A stretch of 64,000 nt of DNA from Candidatus Paceibacter sp. (GCA_020724905.1 DYGB01000001.1:1866-65865); one strand, 5' to 3'; positions 1-9,019 are shown, counted from the stretch's first letter. Notes: generated by a model from the sequence alone, not told the origin. Made by a program: numbers and translations.

Positions 1-1743
1 ATCGGAGTTGATATGAAAAGCTCTGTATACACAGAAGCATTTAGCTCTCTCTACTACGAAAGACAAGATGCTATGCAAGCACTTAAACAAGGTATCTATC
101 TACTCCAGATGTCTGGATCAGGAGACACCTGGTCAGTTCTTGCAGGACTCGCAACAGGAGTGTGTGGAACTGATGATTATGCATGTATGGGGTCTGATAT
201 TGTTGTTGGATTTGTCCCTGTTGTAGGAACGGTAAAAGATGTTGTACAGACAGTCGTATCAACCCTTATTGGGTCAGGAATGAAAGTTGTTTCCTTCTTT
301 AACGGAGATGAGCAAACAAGTCAAAAAGCAGATGAGTATTTTATCTCTGCAGGATTTGCTGCCGTAGGAGTTGTTGGTGTATTTGTAGGAGCGTACTACA
401 TAGATGAGGTAGCCAAAGCTGCAAAGTATGGAAAAGTGATAGCAGAATCTGGTGCTCTCATGAAAAAAGCAGCTACGCTCAACATAGATGACCTTGGTCC
501 TTCAGCAGCAAAGATAGGAACAGCATCTGATAAGCTCAGATTCGTAAAAAAGGAAGCACAAGAACTCATTGATTTCAGAAATGACAAGCTTCCCCTTATC
601 CACTCCAATCAAGGAAATCTTCGAGGAGCGCAGTTTGAGTTTGACATGAAGTTACGAGCTCTTGGAAACACCTTCGAACACTTTGAAACAGCAACTGAAT
701 TTGTAGGAAGATACGGTACGGATGCACCAGAAGTAACACGAGGAATGGATGTGGTGCTCTGGGCAAAGCTCAAACCAAATGCCAAAGGAGCAAGTGTGCT
801 CGACTGGGATTACTCAACGACAAAAATAGGAGTTGGAGCAACGCGCCCATCAGATCTTTCATCGTCATATAAACAACTCACTGATGTGGACATCATACTC
901 AAAGACAAAGAAACTGGAGAATACGCACTCATCTTTGTAAAACGAGGTGATGACACAGAAGCGTTTGCTAAAAATTCAGAACAACTCTACAAAGTAAGAG
1001 AATCCATAGCAATGTCACCAGACATGGAAGTATTTAAAAATTCAGACACCTTCGGTATCGTTGGACCTGATTTAATGATACAGCCAAGCATGGTGGCAAA
1101 AAATTCAACATTCCAACCTCTTGATTCAATATATGTACACAACCTCAAAACAACCCCAGTGTTTGTTGATAGTATCTATTACACAACACAGGGTAATATC
1201 GCTCTTGAATTCCACACGGAAGGAGAAGAGTCAAACAAAGGTATGTATGTATACAGAAGCATCGCAGAAGAAAATGATTTCTCTCTTGTTTCCCCTCTTA
1301 TTGTTGGACATGGAACTGATCAATCGTATCATGAATATCTTTTTACCGATGATGGCATAGTAGAAGGAACAAAGTATCAGTACCTCATTCATCAAATTCA
1401 TAGTGTAGGATTTGAAACATTCATATCCGATACTATCAATTCCCCAACAATAACATCAGTGGAAGAAGAAGTAGAAGTAACCTTCTCTTTGCAACAAAAC
1501 TACCCTAATCCATTTAATCCAGAAACGGTAATTCCATACAGTGTTGCAGAACCAAGTCATGTACGAATAGACATATACAACATACTTGGAGAAAAAATAG
1601 AAACGCTTGAAAATACAAAAAAACAAGCGGGATTACACCAGGTTATATGGAATGCTACTCATATACCATCAGGTATGTATATCTACAACATATATACAGA
1701 CACTGGGTATAAAGAAGCAAAAAAAGCTCTTTTATTGAAATAA
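1..1743 (+). CDS. 5'-truncated multidomain protein: pre-toxin TG-like hydrophobic segment, PD-(D/E)xK-like region, FCB-type beta-sandwich, and T9SS type A C-terminal sorting domain
   Basis: Frame is open from base 1 (ATC GGA GTT GAT ATG), so the true start may lie upstream. Motifs DIVVGFVPVVGTVKD; GAQFE...DVDII...IFVKRG...QL; C-terminal FSLQQNYPNPFNPET...IYNILGE...SGMYIY...KKALLLK. Confidence 0.75.
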   Translation: MGVDMKSSVYTEAFSSLYYERQDAMQALKQGIYLLQMSGSGDTWSVLAGLATGVCGTDDYACMGSDIVVGFVPVVGTVKDVVQTVVSTLIGSGMKVVSFFNGDEQTSQKADEYFISAGFAAVGVVGVFVGAYYIDEVAKAAKYGKVIAESGALMKKAATLNIDDLGPSAAKIGTASDKLRFVKKEAQELIDFRNDKLPLIHSNQGNLRGAQFEFDMKLRALGNTFEHFETATEFVGRYGTDAPEVTRGMDVVLWAKLKPNAKGASVLDWDYSTTKIGVGATRPSDLSSSYKQLTDVDIILKDKETGEYALIFVKRGDDTEAFAKNSEQLYKVRESIAMSPDMEVFKNSDTFGIVGPDLMIQPSMVAKNSTFQPLDSIYVHNLKTTPVFVDSIYYTTQGNIALEFHTEGEESNKGMYVYRSIAEENDFSLVSPLIVGHGTDQSYHEYLFTDDGIVEGTKYQYLIHQIHSVGFETFISDTINSPTITSVEEEVEVTFSLQQNYPNPFNPETVIPYSVAEPSHVRIDIYNILGEKIETLENTKKQAGLHQVIWNATHIPSGMYIYNIYTDTGYKEAKKALLLK

Positions 1744-1748
1744 TGTTC

Positions 1749-1775
1749 AAACGCTCTCTTTTTAAGAGAGCGTTT
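1749..1775. terminator. Bidirectional intrinsic terminator between convergent genes
   Basis: AAACGCTCTC-loop-GAGAGCGTTT inverted repeat right after the stop at 1743. Confidence 0.8.
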
Positions 1776-1781
1776 TATTAT

Positions 1782-2618
1782 CTACACATCTCCATTACAA
1801 ATCATATGAGCTTCTCTTTGAGCCTGAAGAAGATCAGATGCTTGTAATGATAATTTCTTTGCTACCTTCTCTACATCAATATGTAATATATCTCTCGCAA
1901 GTAACATACCCTCCTGACTGAGTCTCTCAAGTGCATATAAGGAAAGTGAAGGAAGAATAGTAATAGGATAGAGGCGTTTTGATTCAATCATTGACTCAAG
2001 CCCCCCACCATGTGGATAGCGCCATGCAAAAATAGAAAGCCCAACACACTCAGCATATGAGATAGCCTGAGATGTACATTTTGTATTAGTAACGATCCAT
2101 CCTTCATTGCTAAATGTATCTTTCCTTCCTCGAGCCTGAATAATATCCTCGTACCGGGCCTCTACATACAGAGCAACTTTCAAGTCAGATTTTATCCCTG
2201 CATTATTATGATATTTACACTCAATAAATAATCGTTTATTTCCCTTTGTTGCAACAACATCTATTTCATAAGACACACATTTCCCTGCAATAGTAACACC
2301 AACCTCAGTACTATATCCATCTTCTTGAAGAATACGAGCAACGTACTGTTCAAAGACATACCCTGCAGGACCTAAACGAAAAATAGCTTTTTTCAAAGAA
2401 TACTTCACTGCAGCAGGAGCATCATGAGAGATAAGGAAACGGAGTGCTCGTCGATAAATGTCATCTGAACTCATGCCTTCAAAAACACCTCCTGAAACAA
2501 ATGAGGAGGTATCTTTTGCAACACGAGGTGTTGTACCAGCGCGGAGAAGAGATGTTTTTAATTTCTTTTCAGAAAAACGTTCTTTTTCTCCTGATGATTT
2601 TATAATAAAAGGTTTCAT
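1782..2618 (-). CDS. ATP-cone domain / Mrr-like restriction endonuclease fusion protein
   Basis: N-terminal IIKSSGEKERFSEKKLKTSL (ATP cone); GYVFE...EIDVVA...IECK (PD-(D/E)xK nuclease). Confidence 0.8.
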   Translation of the reverse strand: MKPFIIKSSGEKERFSEKKLKTSLLRAGTTPRVAKDTSSFVSGGVFEGMSSDDIYRRALRFLISHDAPAAVKYSLKKAIFRLGPAGYVFEQYVARILQEDGYSTEVGVTIAGKCVSYEIDVVATKGNKRLFIECKYHNNAGIKSDLKVALYVEARYEDIIQARGRKDTFSNEGWIVTNTKCTSQAISYAECVGLSIFAWRYPHGGGLESMIESKRLYPITILPSLSLYALERLSQEGMLLARDILHIDVEKVAKKLSLQASDLLQAQREAHMICNGDV

Positions 2619-2632
2619 GAAACAGTACTCTT

Positions 2633-2818
2633 CTAGAGAGATTTGTTCATCTTCTTGATGCAGTCAGTACATGCAAGAACACGCTTGCCTTCAAGCGTCT
2701 TTGCTTTCTGCAAATTAGGATACTTACGCTTCCATTGTGTCGGATTATAATTTCCTCGCAACTTCACACGCTTTCCTCCCATTTGAGAACCTTTTCCGCA
2801 TACATCACATGATTTCAT
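2633..2818 (-). CDS. rpmB: 50S ribosomal protein L28
   Basis: MKSCDVCGK...KRKYPNLQ...ACTDCIK. Real start is ATG 2818; the longer track ORF runs into the ncRNA. Confidence 0.93.
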   Translation of the reverse strand: MKSCDVCGKGSQMGGKRVKLRGNYNPTQWKRKYPNLQKAKTLEGKRVLACTDCIKKMNKSL

Positions 2819-2847
2819 ATCAGTATAATAGGAATTACTAAATCGGT

Positions 2848-2977
2848 GAGCCCTACGAACAAAAGACTTCTCCTGGCCAAAAGCCATGTGGGTGGTCGCA
2901 ATTATGTACCACGGCACATAATTATGTAGACCTCCCAAGAGAAATTGTTTGATCCAGAATCTTTTGGTAGGGCTCCC
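2848..2977 (-). ncRNA. ssrS: Probable short 6S RNA (rod-like hairpin with central bubble)
   Basis: Minus-strand pairings GAGCCCTAC/GTAGGGCTC, CAAAAGAT/GTCTTTTG, TCTGG/CCAGG, then an unpaired bubble, TGGGAGGTC/GACCACCCA and AATTATGTGCC/GGTACATAATT. Own sigma70 promoter directly upstream. Confidence 0.65.
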
Positions 2978-2981
2978 TTTC

Positions 2982-3011
2982 AGTATACCCTCAAAAACAT
3001 CCTCTCGTCAA
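2982..3011 (-). promoter_or_regulatory. sigma70-type promoter for the ncRNA
   Basis: TTGACG (3011-3006), 18 nt spacer, TATACT (2987-2982). Predicted start coincides with the 5' end of the hairpin. Confidence 0.7.
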
Positions 3012-3022
3012 ACCATCCTTTT

Positions 3023-3616
3023 TTAAGCCTCTTTTTTCCATTCAATATCATACAACACTGCATCACGAGCATTTCGGTATGAGACAAGCTCACTCTCATC
3101 AAACCATAGTTTCAATTCATACTCAGCCTCAAATTCATTTGATGAGGCGTGTACAAGGTTTCGAACAGCACGACCATCAATATCAGCAATCTGATATGAA
3201 TCAACGGTAAAGTCTCCTCGAATTGTCCCCACATCAGAACTCAGCGGTTCTGTTGAACCAACAAGTTTTCGTACAATTTTTATCGCCTGATGGCCCTCAA
3301 TAGCAATTGCAACAACAGGACCAGAGGTAAGGAAAGAAACAAGTCCATGAATAATCTTTTCTCCTAGTGCGCGAGGATCTTCTCCTGTAGTATCCATTCC
3401 TGATTTCTTTTTCCCTTCAATAGATCGTTCTCCAAGCGCAGTTATTTCTTCTTCATTTTTTACATAGTGTGTATAAGCTCGCTTCTCATCAGGAACGATA
3501 AACTTCAACCCAACAATCTTTAACCCAACACGTTCAAAACGACTAATAATCTCTCCCACTAAACTTCTCTGTACTGCATCTGGTTTTAACAACACAAGTG
3601 TTCGTTCTTTTTTCAT
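3023..3616 (-). CDS. ndk: Nucleoside diphosphate kinase (long form with insertion)
   Basis: ERTLVLLKPDAVQRSLVGEII; GTIRGDF; RNLVHAS (catalytic His). Confidence 0.95.
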   Translation of the reverse strand: MKKERTLVLLKPDAVQRSLVGEIISRFERVGLKIVGLKFIVPDEKRAYTHYVKNEEEITALGERSIEGKKKSGMDTTGEDPRALGEKIIHGLVSFLTSGPVVAIAIEGHQAIKIVRKLVGSTEPLSSDVGTIRGDFTVDSYQIADIDGRAVRNLVHASSNEFEAEYELKLWFDESELVSYRNARDAVLYDIEWKKEA

Positions 3617-3624
3617 ATATATGA

Positions 3625-5034
3625 TTAGTTATCTTTTTTCTTCTCCACCGCTATATGGAGTTCGTTAAGTTGTTCCTGTGAAATAGGTGCTGGAGCATCC
3701 ATTAACAGATCACGCCCATCTCCTGTCTTTGGAAACGCAATAACTTCACGAATGTTTGGCTCACCTAACAAAAGTGAAATCAAACGATCAAGTCCCCATG
3801 CAATACCTCCATGTGGAGGAATTCCCAAAGAGAATGCCTTAAGCATATGTCCAAAGTGAGTCTCAATCTCCTCATCACTGTATCCAATGATAGAAAGAAC
3901 ACTTCGAAGTACATGTGGCTGATGAGCTCGAATACTTCCACCCCCTATTTCAAATCCGTTAAGAACAACATCATACTGTGTGGTAAGGATAGTATCAATA
4001 TCTCTCTTTTCTAAAATAGCATCAACATATTCCTTTTGAGGAGCTGAAAATGGATTGTGGGTAAAAGTCCATCCCCCACCATCAGTTTTCTCAAAAAATG
4101 GAAAATCAACAATCCATCCAAATGCTAATTCATGTGGATCACTTGTATCTTTACGAAGATCAGGTCGATCAGTTCCATACGTCTCCATTGCCTCCTTGTA
4201 GGTCAAGCGAGGAAATGGACGTTGAGAAATATGTTTTTGAGGAAACAGTGTTTCCACAAGATGCACAAGAAGCTCTTCATTTAACTGCATCACATCTTCT
4301 CGATCAACAAACGAAACCTCTAAATCCATCTGTGTAAATTCAGGTTGACGATCTCCTCGTGTATCCTCATCACGGAAACATCGAGCAATTTGAAAATAGC
4401 GCTCAACACCAGAAGCCATTAATAACTGCTTGTATTGCTGAGGAGCCTGAGGAAGTGCATAGAAAGATCCTTGATGTAATCGTGAAGGTACTACATAGTC
4501 ACGAGCTCCTTCTGGGGTAGAACGAGTAAGAATAGGTGTCTCAACTTCAAAGAATCCTTTTTGATCAAGCCATTGTCGAATTGTATGAATAATACGATGA
4601 CGCATACCAAGCATCGATGTAAGTCGCTTCCTTCGAAGATCAAGATATCGATACTTCATTCGCAATTCTTCTTTCACTTCATACCCATCACTCTCATGGA
4701 TATCAAATGGAGGAGTATCTGCTTCATTTAAAACTTCAATGCGATGGATATCAATTTCAATCTGTCCTGTTGGCAGGGCATCATTCACCATGTTATCAGG
4801 ACGCTTCTTTACTTCACCCTCAATACGAACAACCCACTCAGAACGAAGTGTGCTTGCAACAACATAGACAGACGCATCGGTCCATGGACCACAAACGGTC
4901 TGACATATACCACTTCTGTCACGAAGATCAAGAAAGATAATCTTTCCATGATCACGCCTGTTAGAAATCCACCCCTCAAGAACAACTGAAGATCCAACAT
5001 GATTAACACTTTCCCCTATCCACATCTGTTTCAT
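3625..5034 (-). CDS. aspS: Aspartate--tRNA ligase, bacterial type lacking the GAD domain, possibly non-discriminating
   Basis: OB fold RRDHGKIIFLDLRD; TPEGARDY; QIARCFRDED; PPHGGIAWGLDR; 469 aa. Confidence 0.93.
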   Translation of the reverse strand: MKQMWIGESVNHVGSSVVLEGWISNRRDHGKIIFLDLRDRSGICQTVCGPWTDASVYVVASTLRSEWVVRIEGEVKKRPDNMVNDALPTGQIEIDIHRIEVLNEADTPPFDIHESDGYEVKEELRMKYRYLDLRRKRLTSMLGMRHRIIHTIRQWLDQKGFFEVETPILTRSTPEGARDYVVPSRLHQGSFYALPQAPQQYKQLLMASGVERYFQIARCFRDEDTRGDRQPEFTQMDLEVSFVDREDVMQLNEELLVHLVETLFPQKHISQRPFPRLTYKEAMETYGTDRPDLRKDTSDPHELAFGWIVDFPFFEKTDGGGWTFTHNPFSAPQKEYVDAILEKRDIDTILTTQYDVVLNGFEIGGGSIRAHQPHVLRSVLSIIGYSDEEIETHFGHMLKAFSLGIPPHGGIAWGLDRLISLLLGEPNIREVIAFPKTGDGRDLLMDAPAPISQEQLNELHIAVEKKKDN

Positions 5035-5071
5035 ATACCACTTATCATACGAAAAAAGCAGAAAAACACAA

Positions 5072-5887
5072 CTATCGTTCTGTTATAACACGCAACTCAT
5101 CACCTTCCCACCACACAGATATTGTCCCATCACGATCAGTTCGAAATAACACCGAACCAATCTCCCCTACAATATCTTCTACATACGCGGCAGGATGCCC
5201 ATACGAATTCTCCCCCACACTCACCACCGATACCTGAGGAGAAACAGCTTTCAAAAACAGTGGAGAAGAAGAATATGCAGAACCATGATGAGGAATTTTA
5301 AGGACATGAGAAAAGAGTCGCTCCCCATACAGTTCCACCAACTCCTCCTCAACTGAGGCGGTAATATCACCGGTAAATAGTATACGCAGATTTCCAAGTG
5401 TTACATGAAGCACAAGAGATGCTTCATTAAGATCACGCATCACATCTTCTCCTGGAGGCCACAAAACACGAATACTCATATTCTCACCCTCTATACGATC
5501 ACCTTGAGAAAGAACAACACACGCAATAGAGTGCATACGACATAAGCTTTTCATCTCAGCCAAAGGAGGAGAAGAAAATGCGATAAAACCAATAGGAAAT
5601 GTTCTGATGATACGTGTCAGTCCTCCCATGTGATCATACTGATTGTGTGAGATAAAAATACCATCAATAAAACGAACCCCCTCTATCATCTCATTGATGT
5701 ATGAAAATACATGGTCATCTTTCCCTACATCAATAAGGAATCGTCTCCCCTGATAGGTAAGATACGCACCATCTCCCTGTCCCACTGAAATAAAATACAC
5801 TCCCTCTTCTTTTTCAAAAGAACCATCCCACACAAGAACAGCAGAGAAAAAAACACACACCACAATAAAAACATACCAATACCTCAT
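5072..5887 (-). CDS. ComEC C-terminal metallo-beta-lactamase domain protein
   Basis: SVGQGD; SHNQYDHMGG; LFTGDI; HHGS; NSYGHP; RTDRDG; N-terminal TM helix. Confidence 0.88.
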   Translation of the reverse strand: MRYWYVFIVVCVFFSAVLVWDGSFEKEEGVYFISVGQGDGAYLTYQGRRFLIDVGKDDHVFSYINEMIEGVRFIDGIFISHNQYDHMGGLTRIIRTFPIGFIAFSSPPLAEMKSLCRMHSIACVVLSQGDRIEGENMSIRVLWPPGEDVMRDLNEASLVLHVTLGNLRILFTGDITASVEEELVELYGERLFSHVLKIPHHGSAYSSSPLFLKAVSPQVSVVSVGENSYGHPAAYVEDIVGEIGSVLFRTDRDGTISVWWEGDELRVITER

Positions 5888-7353
5888 GAAATAATTCGTG
5901 TATATAGAGATGATCGAGTATACCGACCAATGATATATACAATACTTATGTAATAGGCGACCACTCCAATAAATGGAAATGAAACATCTATTGTTCCAAT
6001 AGAGGAGAACACATTACTCACCCACAAACTCATATCAAGTAACACTGAAAGAAGTTTTACCCCCACAGAGGAAATCCCCCAAGAAACAATTCCCCCTACC
6101 CCAACAATTCCTGCTCCAAGCATAATAAAAGGAATAAGAGGAAGAATAAATATATTGGCAATAAGTCCTCCAAAAGAAACAGAAGAAAAGAAAAAGAGAA
6201 GAATTGGTAATGCTCCAATCTGAGCAGATACTGTTTCAACAAAAATTTTCCAAAGGGTATAGAGAAATGGAGATGATAACGACACAATTCCCACAAGACG
6301 AGGAGCACAATACAAAATACCCCACAAAGCAGAAAACGAAAGAAGAAATCCAACATCATATACAAGAAGGGAAGGACGGAACAAAACCATTCCAACAGCA
6401 ACACACACCATGACATACCAATGCCACTGAGGACGAGAAAAGAGAGTTCCGATAAGTACGACAGACGCCATAGCAGCAGCACGCACCACTGATGCCTCTG
6501 CCCCAACAAGAACAACAAAGACCCATACACACAATAAACTCATCCCCACACTCCATCGTCGAGAAAGAAAGAGACGAAAGAGTATCGCAATAATAAACAC
6601 TACAATTGATACATTATATCCAGACAGAGCAACAACATGAATAATGCCACTCCCAATAAGCTTCTCAACAAGATCATCGGAAAAAGAAACACTGTCTCTT
6701 CCAATAATAGTCCCTGCAGCAAATGAAGCCTCATCAAAAGGAAGAACTCTACGAAGAGATGATACAATAGACTCCCGAAACGCATATAGACTCCTCAACA
6801 CACTTCCCTCCCCCTCAAAGATAGAAAGGTTAGAGGGAAAAAATGAAACATACTCCACACCACGAGCTTTCAAATACATCGTATCAGAAGAAAGGGGCTC
6901 AAGGTCATCGTGTAATACAACTCTATCACCATACGAGACACCACTATCAAGAGAATGAAGTACTCCAATAGACATACCACTCTCATCTTCAATAATAAAA
7001 AATTGGTACGAATCATACAGCCGTGGAGAAGAAGAAACTCTTCCTTCATAGACACCATCAAGAGCGCTCTGAGAAACTGTATGCATGTGCTCATACCACA
7101 TCCCATACCCCTGCCCTATCCCCACAAACACACACCCAAAAATAAAGACCAACACATACCGACGATAGGAAGGAATAATAAAAAAAATACTTGCACCTGC
7201 AAGTAATACTGATCCACTATATGAAATCCCCACCCCTCCATAGACATAAAACAAAGCGACACCCCCAAGAAAACAGCAGAGGAGGATAAATACAATCCCT
7301 CCCCCTCCCTGCCTAGAAATCAAACCCTCTCTGTGCTGAGCTCCCCTCATCAT
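5884..7353 (-). CDS. comEC: ComEC/Rec2 competence membrane channel (start uncertain)
   Basis: HVVALSGYN; SVVRAAAM; VGFLLSFSA; multiple TM segments; ATGA overlap with the MBL gene. Confidence 0.88.
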   Translation of the reverse strand: MMRGAQHREGLISRQGGGGIVFILLCCFLGGVALFYVYGGVGISYSGSVLLAGASIFFIIPSYRRYVLVFIFGCVFVGIGQGYGMWYEHMHTVSQSALDGVYEGRVSSSPRLYDSYQFFIIEDESGMSIGVLHSLDSGVSYGDRVVLHDDLEPLSSDTMYLKARGVEYVSFFPSNLSIFEGEGSVLRSLYAFRESIVSSLRRVLPFDEASFAAGTIIGRDSVSFSDDLVEKLIGSGIIHVVALSGYNVSIVVFIIAILFRLFLSRRWSVGMSLLCVWVFVVLVGAEASVVRAAAMASVVLIGTLFSRPQWHWYVMVCVAVGMVLFRPSLLVYDVGFLLSFSALWGILYCAPRLVGIVSLSSPFLYTLWKIFVETVSAQIGALPILLFFFSSVSFGGLIANIFILPLIPFIMLGAGIVGVGGIVSWGISSVGVKLLSVLLDMSLWVSNVFSSIGTIDVSFPFIGVVAYYISIVYIIGRYTRSSLYTRIIS

Positions 7354-7843
7354 AATGATGGAACACAGAGTCAATACGACTCACTACATCAGCGCGATCG
7401 ACAATCGCACTTGGTGCATTACGTCCACTTGTAATGCAGATCATATCCTCAGGCACCTTTTCTAATACACTAATAACTCCTTCTTCACTAACGAGCCCTA
7501 AAGACAGCGCAACATGTACCTCATCAAGAATAACCATATCCCACTGCCCTGAAGTAATTGCCTTCTCTGCCTCCCTAAGAGTATCAAGAGCAGCAGCACT
7601 GTGCTCTGCAAAAGGAATCATGTCTCCTTTTATACCAACAAACCCTTTCCCTCCTCGGATAATAGAAAAATTCTTCTGTTGCTCTTTAGAAAGCATCTCT
7701 ACATAGAGATGTTCTCCAGATATCCAAGGACCTTTGATAAACTGAACCATACATGCTTTCTTTCCCTGTCCAACAGCACGGACCATATGTCCAAGACATG
7801 ATGTTGTTTTCCCTTTCCCATCTCCGGTAATAACAAATAACAT
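7313..7843 (-). CDS. cobO: Cob(I)yrinic acid a,c-diamide adenosyltransferase (CobO/BtuR family)
   Basis: TGDGKGKTT; VQFIKG; ILDEV; SGRNAP; GFDF C-terminus. Confidence 0.9.
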   Translation of the reverse strand: MLFVITGDGKGKTTSCLGHMVRAVGQGKKACMVQFIKGPWISGEHLYVEMLSKEQQKNFSIIRGGKGFVGIKGDMIPFAEHSAAALDTLREAEKAITSGQWDMVILDEVHVALSLGLVSEEGVISVLEKVPEDMICITSGRNAPSAIVDRADVVSRIDSVFHHYDEGSSAQRGFDF

Positions 7844-7846
7844 AGA

Positions 7847-9019
7847 CTAGACAATAAACCCCTGTTGCATAGACTTTACAATACGATCCTCAAGCACATC
7901 ATATCCATGATAGTATCCATACCATTCATTCCAGAGCGCCTCATACTGATGATAGGTATACATAGTGTCACGATGCACCACCACTGACATAGACACGTCC
8001 ATAATGTTAAAACTGTACCGTTTTTCTCCCTCAACATATCCCATCCACGAGGTATCATCCCACAGTGATGCTGATAAAAAAGAATGTTTCTGTGCAAATG
8101 AAAAGAATGACCTCTCAGCTTTGTACCAATGAAGCGCTTCAGGATTTACATGAGGAAATGAAAGACGCCAATCATTACTTCCTTCTTTTGAAAGATACCG
8201 CTGTACGATAAGAATATCTGTATCAGACACCTTTTCTCTTTCCTCTATAACGTCCCCTCGTAAAAGTGAACTCAACACACCACCAAAATCCTCATCCTCT
8301 TTGTGATGTTCAAATAATCGTGTATAAAATAACACCTCGTAGATATAGTGAAATAACAACAATACTGTTCGAAGTAACTGTCCTTCAAAAACTCGTGTGG
8401 TAGGAATAACAAAGATAAGACCGAGTTCTTTAAGATGGCTCACATTGTGATACTTCTTCTTGATAAATGTATCTGCATGAACAGCATACGTTTCAGAGAG
8501 CACATGAAGATGTAATGCTCGATATTCAAAATCAGAAAAAGAGAGTTTCTCATATAAAGGAAAAAATGATTCATGTAACCATGTCTTTTCTTCTAAGAAA
8601 CGAAGTCCTGCAGCAATATCATACAAAGACTCTTTTGAGATAAGTTCTTCAACAGAGCCATACCCCAACGCAGCAAGCGTCCCTACAGGAGGACAGGTAT
8701 ATAAAAGGCGTTCAAATACTTTCCATGAAAGTACCCACCCATGAGGAGAAGCAAGTTCAGTTACAACTTCTTTAAACACGGGAGAAAATGCATCAGGAGA
8801 AATCTGTGGAGAAGAAAAGTACTTTTCAAGATCTTTGTTAAGGTCTGAAACAAGAGAAAATAAATGAGTATTATCAGAAAAAGACTTTTTCTTTAACAAA
8901 AGTCTCTGATACATATCCTCAATACCCCCTCCTTTAGAAGAAAAAAGCGTATCAATACGTTCTACCTCTTCTTTTGGAAGGGAAAGCGCATCACAAAGCC
9001 ATTGGTATGCATCACTCAT
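7847..9019 (-). CDS. Hypothetical protein (~390 aa) coupled to the PfkB kinase
   Basis: Long ORF; ATG 9019 overlaps the PfkB stop (ATGA); no recognised motif. Confidence 0.75.
   Translation of the reverse strand: MSDAYQWLCDALSLPKEEVERIDTLFSSKGGGIEDMYQRLLLKKKSFSDNTHLFSLVSDLNKDLEKYFSSPQISPDAFSPVFKEVVTELASPHGWVLSWKVFERLLYTCPPVGTLAALGYGSVEELISKESLYDIAAGLRFLEEKTWLHESFFPLYEKLSFSDFEYRALHLHVLSETYAVHADTFIKKKYHNVSHLKELGLIFVIPTTRVFEGQLLRTVLLLFHYIYEVLFYTRLFEHHKEDEDFGGVLSSLLRGDVIEEREKVSDTDILIVQRYLSKEGSNDWRLSFPHVNPEALHWYKAERSFFSFAQKHSFLSASLWDDTSWMGYVEGEKRYSFNIMDVSMSVVVHRDTMYTYHQYEALWNEWYGYYHGYDVLEDRIVKSMQQGFIV

Noticed and set aside
2819-2938. N-terminal extension of L28 in the ORF track
   Set aside because: It overlaps the structured RNA; L28 homology starts at ATG 2818.
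2848-2977. Hairpin as SRP RNA or RNase P RNA
   Set aside because: It lacks the SRP domain IV motif and the RNase P GAGGAAAGTCC core, and is too short for RNase P.
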